Made by a program: the position numbers and the translations under genes. Shown piece after piece: positions 57,743-64,000 of a stretch of 64,000 nucleotides of DNA; the first letter of the stretch is position 1; each line of letters starts with the position of its first letter. The notes under the pieces were generated by a model. The model worked only from the letters and a program-made list of their open reading frames with translations, had not been told where the DNA came from and ran no database searches. This DNA is from a virus: IMG/VR virus record IMGVR_UViG_3300027977_000007; one strand, written 5' to 3'.

Positions 57743-59179
57743 ATGAGCATAGTTGAGAAAAAGAAAAAAGTATTTGGTAATATCGCTGCGATAAAAACGC
57801 TAACCCAAGGTATGCCAAAGCTTAATTTAAGCTCATCGTTTTCATCCATTAATAATAGTGGTGATGCCATTACATTCTTAACGGATTTAATCAAATCGTT
57901 GATTGGTTTTGAAGCCTTGGTAGAGGCTGTTGTTGATATTATAACCCATTCTTTACCAAAGGTTGAGCGTGAGGTTAAAAAAGCACTAAAGTTAGAACTT
58001 AAGACCATTGTTAGTTGTGGTGTTGACCCAAGCTTACCATCATGGGTCAAATCAACAGCTATGTCATCAACTACAAATAACCTAGTTATTGAATTAAAAA
58101 AGGTAGACTTTGCAAATATATTACGTACTGACCCAAATTCGGTAGCTGGTAAGTTGATATATAATGACATTACAACACCATTAACCGCTAGCACCGATTT
58201 TAATACATTCTTATACGGTGTCATTCAAGATGAGGGTCGTGTATATACTTGGAAAGATATCCTAAGCATACGATTTGATGCGGTTGGAACCATTAATAGA
58301 CCTAATAATTCCCTAACTATTAGTGCAGCACTACCATATGATACTAAGACTCTAACGGACCTTAACAATGACTTTATAGATAGCCTAGTATTATTTAATA
58401 GTGAAAATATTATAAATAAGATAATGGATATCATATACGGTTCAGTATCTAGCTTTATTGGTAAATCATTGAAACAACTTGAGAATGAAGTTAAGATAAA
58501 CGATATCGTTGATAAGATGGTTAATAACGTTAATGTTGGTTCTTTACCAGATTCAGCATTTTCATTTACCAAAGAGGAAACATATAAGCAACAAAATACA
58601 GCGGCAGACCTTAAAAAGGGTGTGACGGAACTAAAGAACTCAACAACAATCCCATCTAGTGTACCAATTGGTGACCTAACTAATTTTACACAAAATATTC
58701 TTGCGGTTCAAACAACGATAGAAAAGAAGGATGTCATTAAAACTGGCCTTAATAATATGGCTACGTCTAGTGTAGGTAATGTTTCAGATGAAACTGACAA
58801 GAATTCTGGTAAATTAAATTTTATTCAAAGAATAATAGAAACCCTAATCAAATCAGTTGTGAATATTGTTCTATCACCAAAGGTAATTATGGTATTTATA
58901 CTTAACTATAAGATAGTATATGGGCCAAGTGCAACGTTTACAGATGGTGTTGATTTTATCAAGAAAAATAAAAATTTAATGACCCGAATTATGAAGGTTA
59001 TTGGTGGGGAAATAATCAAGGTATTATTGGCAATTGCTCTAAAAGAAATTAGCGTATTAGTGGCTAAAGCAATGGCTAGAAAACAAAAAGAAAAAGCTGT
59101 ACTTAAATTGGCTCAATTACAGAGTCTTGTTGGTATACCAGCAGATACAATAAAAAACTTAATTGATAACTTATTATAA
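57743..59179 (+). CDS. Hypothetical structural protein
   Basis: 478-aa ORF in the late operon that contains the spike gene. Confidence 0.55.
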   Translation: MSIVEKKKKVFGNIAAIKTLTQGMPKLNLSSSFSSINNSGDAITFLTDLIKSLIGFEALVEAVVDIITHSLPKVEREVKKALKLELKTIVSCGVDPSLPSWVKSTAMSSTTNNLVIELKKVDFANILRTDPNSVAGKLIYNDITTPLTASTDFNTFLYGVIQDEGRVYTWKDILSIRFDAVGTINRPNNSLTISAALPYDTKTLTDLNNDFIDSLVLFNSENIINKIMDIIYGSVSSFIGKSLKQLENEVKINDIVDKMVNNVNVGSLPDSAFSFTKEETYKQQNTAADLKKGVTELKNSTTIPSSVPIGDLTNFTQNILAVQTTIEKKDVIKTGLNNMATSSVGNVSDETDKNSGKLNFIQRIIETLIKSVVNIVLSPKVIMVFILNYKIVYGPSATFTDGVDFIKKNKNLMTRIMKVIGGEIIKVLLAIALKEISVLVAKAMARKQKEKAVLKLAQLQSLVGIPADTIKNLIDNLL

Positions 59180-59610
59180 TGGCAGAAGAAAAACCAATAC
59201 CAAGTTCAGGATTTAACATTTCATCGGTTAACGGATTGCTAAATGTAATATTAAGTGCGTTTAAGATACCAGACACACCAGTAGAACCACTACCACCACC
59301 ATTAGTCATGGTAGGTGCTAAATTGAGAACTGGACTCTCACCACAGACAATAGCGGCCAATATAATTAGCAAGCAATCTAATTCTGGTAGAGTTGTTGGT
59401 GATGTGTTTGCAGATGGGCCAAATGTAGAAGAAGCTATGGAGTTAATCAGGGTACAAGAAATTATCAACGCAATACTTAACGATGCTAAGGTAGATGTAG
59501 TTATACCGCCTGGGATTGCTGTAACTACCGTTGGTGCTAGTCCATTAGGACCAGTAGTATCACAAGGCGTAACAATAACAATGGGTATCGGTGACGGTAT
59601 TATACGTTAA
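59179..59610 (+). CDS. Putative baseplate spike-associated protein
   Basis: C-terminal AKVDVVIPPGIAVTTVG...GIGDGII; lies near the spike gene. Confidence 0.4.
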   Translation: MAEEKPIPSSGFNISSVNGLLNVILSAFKIPDTPVEPLPPPLVMVGAKLRTGLSPQTIAANIISKQSNSGRVVGDVFADGPNVEEAMELIRVQEIINAILNDAKVDVVIPPGIAVTTVGASPLGPVVSQGVTITMGIGDGIIR

Positions 59611-59621
59611 ATTTATAAACA

Positions 59622-59804
59622 ATGAATGATTTAGAATCAAAATCAAATAATGACATTTTATTAGAAATAAAACAAATCGAGGCTGACCATGAGGCATTAA
59701 AGCTAACTATGTTGAAAGACTTAGATAGGCTTTTTGAATTGGAAGCTAGATTCGAACGTGCAAATCAAATAATATTAAATAGATTAAAAGGTACTAATGC
59801 TTAA
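59622..59804 (+). CDS. Small coiled-coil hypothetical protein
   Basis: 60-aa ORF in operon. Confidence 0.5.
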   Translation: MNDLESKSNNDILLEIKQIEADHEALKLTMLKDLDRLFELEARFERANQIILNRLKGTNA

Positions 59805-60798
59805 TAGTTCATCAAAATCATATAGAGAAAATGGTAACCTATACGCTAATACAAGTATAACACAAAATATAAAGTATGGTGTTGTAAAAGCATTAGAAAA
59901 TGAAGGTGGCCCATTGGTTAACAAAGGCTTAGGACGCATCAAGGTGTTCCTAAAGGGTTCTATCGTTACTGGTGGTGATGATGGTACCGCAGAAGCGGAT
60001 TTGCCATGGTGTTTTCCATTGTTACCCAAGCACCTATCGGTTCAACCTAAGATTGGTGAGGTTGTGCTTGTTATGGTATTTAACAATAATCGTCAACATG
60101 CTGATAGATTGTATATAGGTCCAATCATTTCACAACTACCATTATTAAATAAAGACCCGTATGAGTTCTCAGCACTGGCTGGATTTACCTTTGGTCCAGC
60201 TGAACCTAACGTAAACCCAAGTCAAATAACTGAGTTAAATGGTGTATTCCCAAATCCTTCAGATGTATCGATACAAGGCAGATACAATACCGATATTACA
60301 CAAAAGGATAACGAAATTATTATAAGAGCTGGTAAATTTGAAACAGTAACGCCAACGCCTAATAATCCTTATCAAATTAGATTTAATAGCGCAACTCAAG
60401 GATATATTCAAATAAAAAATGATGTTATAACCGTACAGAGTTCTGATAAAACACAACAAAAGAAAGGTACAATAACAAATATTGTATCAAATAAGATTAA
60501 CTTATTGACTCATGTTGATGGTAGTCCACGGTTTAATTTAACTAATCAAGATAATTTAATTAGTGATGAAGAACAAGACCTAATCAATCAAACGGCCCAT
60601 CAACTACCATTTGGTGATGTTCTATTAGAATATTTATTATTGTTAAAAGATGCTTTGTTTCTACACGTACATAATGGTAATGGTAATCCAGCAACGGATT
60701 TAACCGTATCAGGTAATAAACAAGCGCTAGCTGTATTCAAATCTAAAGCAAACCAATTAGAACAATCGATGCTATCAAAAAATATTAGAATAAACTAA
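59797..60798 (+). CDS. Baseplate central spike (gp5/gpV-like OB fold)
   Basis: LGRIKV...LPWCFPLLP...PKIGEVVLV; C-terminal HVH (HxH metal-binding tip motif). Confidence 0.75.
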   Translation: MLNSSSKSYRENGNLYANTSITQNIKYGVVKALENEGGPLVNKGLGRIKVFLKGSIVTGGDDGTAEADLPWCFPLLPKHLSVQPKIGEVVLVMVFNNNRQHADRLYIGPIISQLPLLNKDPYEFSALAGFTFGPAEPNVNPSQITELNGVFPNPSDVSIQGRYNTDITQKDNEIIIRAGKFETVTPTPNNPYQIRFNSATQGYIQIKNDVITVQSSDKTQQKKGTITNIVSNKINLLTHVDGSPRFNLTNQDNLISDEEQDLINQTAHQLPFGDVLLEYLLLLKDALFLHVHNGNGNPATDLTVSGNKQALAVFKSKANQLEQSMLSKNIRIN

Positions 60799-60828
60799 TT
60801 TTTTTGATATTTATATATAAAAGAAATT

Positions 60829-62235
60829 ATGGTTATTAGAACCTTTTTTGATAAGAATAATACTATCGTTAGTAATAGAAATGTTAATACTGGTCTAAAC
60901 CCAGTAACTGAATTATTTTATGGTGGTTCTATAGGTGAACAAACATATAGCCGATTTTTGTTTCATTTTGATGAAACAAGATTAAAAGCATTATATACTG
61001 GTGGCACTTATACTGACTTAACTAAGCTAAGACATACGCTTAGAATGACCAATACTGGTTCGTTTGATACTGAATTGCTTAATACATCAGTTGCTGGTAA
61101 ACGTAGAACATCATCATTTGACCTTATCTTATTTAAGATACAACAACCTTGGGATAATGGTGTTGGTTATGATTATGAAATACCATTATTAGTAAATGGT
61201 GAATCAGCATACTATAACGGCCCATCAAATTGGGTAGAAGCACAAACAGGTATTTCTTGGTCTGGTGGTACTGGCGTATATTCTGGTAGTCCTTCTGGCA
61301 TAACCGTAACAACCCAACACTTCGATAAGGGTAATGAAAATATTGAAATGGACGTTACCGACTATGTAAATGGCCTATTAACAGGTAATACCAATAATGG
61401 TCTAGGTATTGCTTTCGATAGAGGTTACGAAGAATTAAATACTATAACCCCACAATATGTTGGTTTCTTTACCAATAACACTCAAACGTTCTATGAACCA
61501 TTTATTGAAACAATATATGATAACTATATAACTGATGATAGAAATAATTTCTTTTTAGATAAGCCAAATAAACTTTACCTATATGTAAATATAGCTGGTA
61601 ACCCAACTAACCTAGATGCTAAACCAAGCGTAAATATCTATAATTATAATAATGTATTGGTTAGCGCTTTTACCTCTTCAAATGTAAATCATGTAACGCT
61701 TGGTGTATATTCTATAGATTTAACCATACCAACTAATTCAAGCAACGTAGAGACGATGTATTCAGACGTGTGGACTGGTATTACCATTAATGGTGTGAAC
61801 AGGGCTAATATTAGCTTAAACTTCGTTGTAAAGGATTCTATGGGTTATTATAGTATAGGTGATAACTTCATGCTGCCACAAAAGGTAGCCGTTAACATTT
61901 CTGGTATACAAAATAAAGAACGCATTAAGCGTGGTGATGTACGTAAGGTTATCGTATCAGCTAGAATACCCTATACCGTAGAACAAACACAAAATATTTC
62001 AGGTCTTAAGTATCGCTTATATGTTACCGAAGGTACCAGTCAATTAACCGTAATTGATTGGGAATCAATTGAAATGGCAAATAATTATTATTATTTCTTA
62101 TTGGATACTGAAAGTCTAATCCCTAATACTTATTATATTGATGTTCAATCAACAACTGGACAAGAAGTTACAACACTTAAAAATGTACTTCAATTTGATA
62201 TCATTAGTCAAGTAGAATTAAGAGGACGTTTATAA
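60829..62235 (+). CDS. Virion structural protein (beta-rich)
   Basis: Late motif at 60807-60814; SRFLFHFD, WDNGVGYD, MDVTDYV and FYEPFIE pattern. Confidence 0.55.
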   Translation: MVIRTFFDKNNTIVSNRNVNTGLNPVTELFYGGSIGEQTYSRFLFHFDETRLKALYTGGTYTDLTKLRHTLRMTNTGSFDTELLNTSVAGKRRTSSFDLILFKIQQPWDNGVGYDYEIPLLVNGESAYYNGPSNWVEAQTGISWSGGTGVYSGSPSGITVTTQHFDKGNENIEMDVTDYVNGLLTGNTNNGLGIAFDRGYEELNTITPQYVGFFTNNTQTFYEPFIETIYDNYITDDRNNFFLDKPNKLYLYVNIAGNPTNLDAKPSVNIYNYNNVLVSAFTSSNVNHVTLGVYSIDLTIPTNSSNVETMYSDVWTGITINGVNRANISLNFVVKDSMGYYSIGDNFMLPQKVAVNISGIQNKERIKRGDVRKVIVSARIPYTVEQTQNISGLKYRLYVTEGTSQLTVIDWESIEMANNYYYFLLDTESLIPNTYYIDVQSTTGQEVTTLKNVLQFDIISQVELRGRL

Positions 62236-62236
62236 T

Positions 62237-62542
62237 ATGAAAGAGCAAATAAAAAACCTATTAAGAGAAGGATTACTTCAAAATAAAGGATTAGAAACAG
62301 CTTGCAATACAATGAGCGTGGCATCATATAAAGAAGGTATTGCTTTAATTATTAGTGCTATTGGTACACCAGAGCAAAATCCATCAATGTGGAAGCGTAT
62401 CGAGCGACCAATTAAAAACTGGCGAGATGCGGATAAATTAATTAGTCATGAAATTAAAACCAAGCGTATGTCTGGTGATTCAATGGTTGATGAGTCTAAT
62501 ACTTGGTGGTCTGCTGTTCAATCAACTATTTGTCCTAAATAA
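62237..62542 (+). CDS. Hypothetical protein with MKxxIKxLLRE leader
   Basis: Coupled ORF. Confidence 0.55.
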   Translation: MKEQIKNLLREGLLQNKGLETACNTMSVASYKEGIALIISAIGTPEQNPSMWKRIERPIKNWRDADKLISHEIKTKRMSGDSMVDESNTWWSAVQSTICPK

Positions 62543-62556
62543 TTTTTTTGATTTAC

Positions 62557-62588
62557 TTGACAATTATTAATTTTATTAGTATATTTAT
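62557..62588 (+). promoter_or_regulatory. Composite promoter (host-type -33/-7 spacing overlapping the late motif)
   Basis: TTG(62557-59)-N20-TATATTTA(62580-87), overlapping ATATTTAT at 62581-62588. Confidence 0.6.
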
Positions 62589-62591
62589 CAT

Positions 62592-62692
62592 TACATTAGC
62601 TCAAGTATCAGTCCCGACCAATAAAATGGTTTAGAGTTGTTAACGCAACAAAGGTATTGGTACAATAACAATAAATTAAAAAGTTAATAAAC
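62592..62692 (+). ncRNA. Candidate structured 5' leader RNA
   Basis: 100-nt leader with several hand-identified stems and 15-nt complementarity to the 3' UTR. Confidence 0.5.
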
Positions 62693-63523
62693 ATGACACA
62701 AAAAATGATGGCACCTAATGTGCCAACGGCAAATATTGCTGTAAACAAATCTCGTATTAAATTATACGACAAGAATGTAGAAGTACCAACTTACTACTTG
62801 AAAAAAGGCCAAGAATTTCAAATTGAATTGGCAAACATGACTACCGATGTAGTCTTAGCAAAAATAATACTTAATGGTAAATCTTTATCTCAAGGTGGTC
62901 TGGTATTAAACCCAGGTCAGAGAGTCTTCTTGGACAGATACTTAGACGTAGCCAAAAAGTTCTTATTTGATACGTATGATGTGTCAAATACACAAGAAGT
63001 TAAAGATGCTATTAGAGATAATGGTGATATTAAGGTAGAATTCTATCGAGAAAATATCAACACCTATCAATCACCAATCGTTATTAGACCACTTGATTAC
63101 ACTTATCATCCTGATATTATAAGATATAATACTTATACATCAAATACTTATTGTGCCTCACAACCAGTGTTTGGTCGACCAAACACTAATGATAACACCA
63201 CACTAACAAGTACCTTAGGGGGTTATTCGTCTGGTCAGATTTTAACTTCGGCTTTATCAGCTAATAACTCACCACTTAGAGGGGTGTCAAAATCACTTGA
63301 AACTGGACGAGTTGAAAAGGGTTCTGACTCCAATCAAGAATTAACATCGGTTAATAAATCATTCTATTATCTACCATTCCATACGGTAACGTATAAACTA
63401 TTACCAATATCGCAAAAGATTAATACCCTTGAGGATATTAATGTAAAAAGATATTGCACATCTTGCGGTGCTAAGGTCGGTAAAACTGATAGGTTTTGCA
63501 GTCAGTGTGGGGCCAAAGCGTAA
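62693..63523 (+). CDS. Hypothetical protein with C-terminal zinc ribbon
   Basis: Beta-rich N-terminal domain, low-complexity linker, then CTSCG...FCSQCG. Confidence 0.7.
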   Translation: MTQKMMAPNVPTANIAVNKSRIKLYDKNVEVPTYYLKKGQEFQIELANMTTDVVLAKIILNGKSLSQGGLVLNPGQRVFLDRYLDVAKKFLFDTYDVSNTQEVKDAIRDNGDIKVEFYRENINTYQSPIVIRPLDYTYHPDIIRYNTYTSNTYCASQPVFGRPNTNDNTTLTSTLGGYSSGQILTSALSANNSPLRGVSKSLETGRVEKGSDSNQELTSVNKSFYYLPFHTVTYKLLPISQKINTLEDINVKRYCTSCGAKVGKTDRFCSQCGAKA

Positions 63524-63547
63524 ATAAAATAACTTGAGTTAATGTAT

Positions 63548-63576
63548 AAAAAAAAGGAGCATAATGCTCCTTTTTT
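63548..63576. terminator. Bidirectional terminator
   Basis: AAAAAAGGAGC-ATAAT-GCTCCTTTTTT between convergent genes. Confidence 0.85.
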
Positions 63577-64000
63577 ATTTGCTTATAATTTGTTGTATGT
63601 CATCAAAACTAACTGAATCATTTATATACCAGAATCTATCAGCATCTCTAAAAGTATCTTCACCATCAAAACCATTTCCTAAGATATAATTAGATGACCT
63701 AAATAAATACAAATCTTGACTATTATTATCCTTATGGTGCCATGCTATGTCAGTAATCTCATCTAGGGCTTTATTAAATGTTTCTTCATTATTAAAACCG
63801 TAACCACTTAAACCCCACTCTGGGTCAGAATTCCACATTCCACTAACAGGGTCTTCTTTTGGTTCACTTTCTAAATACACACCTTTAGATTTTCTTTCTT
63901 CATAATCAGCCATTGCTTCCTCATAGGTATCGTACCAAGCTTGCATATGTCCACTAAAATTACGTTCTATATCATTTTCTGGTGAATCAGTCCAACGTAA
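63575..64000 (-). CDS. Hypothetical protein, 5' end beyond window
   Basis: Frame stays open upstream of 63946 to the window end (LRWTDSPENDIERNFSGHMQAW...). Confidence 0.55.
   Translation of the reverse strand, partial: LRWTDSPENDIERNFSGHMQAWYDTYEEAMADYEERKSKGVYLESEPKEDPVSGMWNSDPEWGLSGYGFNNEETFNKALDEITDIAWHHKDNNSQDLYLFRSSNYILGNGFDGEDTFRDADRFWYINDSVSFDDIQQIISK

Noticed and set aside
1719-60459. Many 60-180 aa ORFs antisense to or nested in long genes (e.g. 1719-1946, 5018-5368, 23524-23838, 52656-53042, 57673-58224)
   Set aside because: Shadow frames of well-supported genes, with no motifs or expression signals.
62606-62662. Hammerhead ribozyme or c-di-GMP riboswitch
   Set aside because: Three-way geometry is possible, but the CUGAnGA/GAAA core and the GEMM consensus are absent.
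1-64000. Genome-wide stop-codon reassignment (code 15 or 4), suggested by the two in-frame TAA codons near 27 kb
   Set aside because: Genes are full-length and densely packed in code 11. TAA is the usual stop, and TAG ends conserved genes such as the tube.
1-64000. tRNA or rRNA genes
   Set aside because: No cloverleaf or T-loop signature was seen in the short intergenic regions.

Overview
Segment of a large, AT-rich, T4-like (contractile-tailed) jumbo phage genome. The host is probably a member of Bacteroidota: six TTG-N20-TAnnTTTG-type promoters are present and there are no clear Shine-Dalgarno sites. The left half is a tail/neck module: a baseplate protein with an OmpA-like domain (truncated at the window edge), tape measure, frameshifted tail chaperone, free-standing homing endonuclease, tube, sheath, repeat fibre, and gp15/gp14/gp13-like proteins. 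It is interleaved with an SNF2 helicase, glutaredoxin and a family B DNA polymerase. The right half carries head-internal-type proteins, nucleotide enzymes (HD protein, dUTPase, IMPDH/GMPR, PhoH), a ~23 kb glycan-modification locus, a gp55-like late sigma factor and baseplate spike genes. Highlights: (1) a single-gene transcript whose extreme 5' and 3' ends are complementary and which has a structured leader; (2) an apparent activated-ketose pathway (PRK-like kinase fused to a GT-like domain, class II aldolase/epimerase, BcbE/F/G-like proteins); (3) a late promoter, ATATTTAT, essentially the reverse complement of the T4 late promoter; (4) a +1/-2 frameshift in the tail chaperone; (5) a homing endonuclease flanked by 38-bp direct repeats, with its promoter element in a hairpin loop; (6) a fibre appendage apparently lost through in-frame TAA codons and a deletion. 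All protein calls come from recognising motifs by eye; no searches were run.
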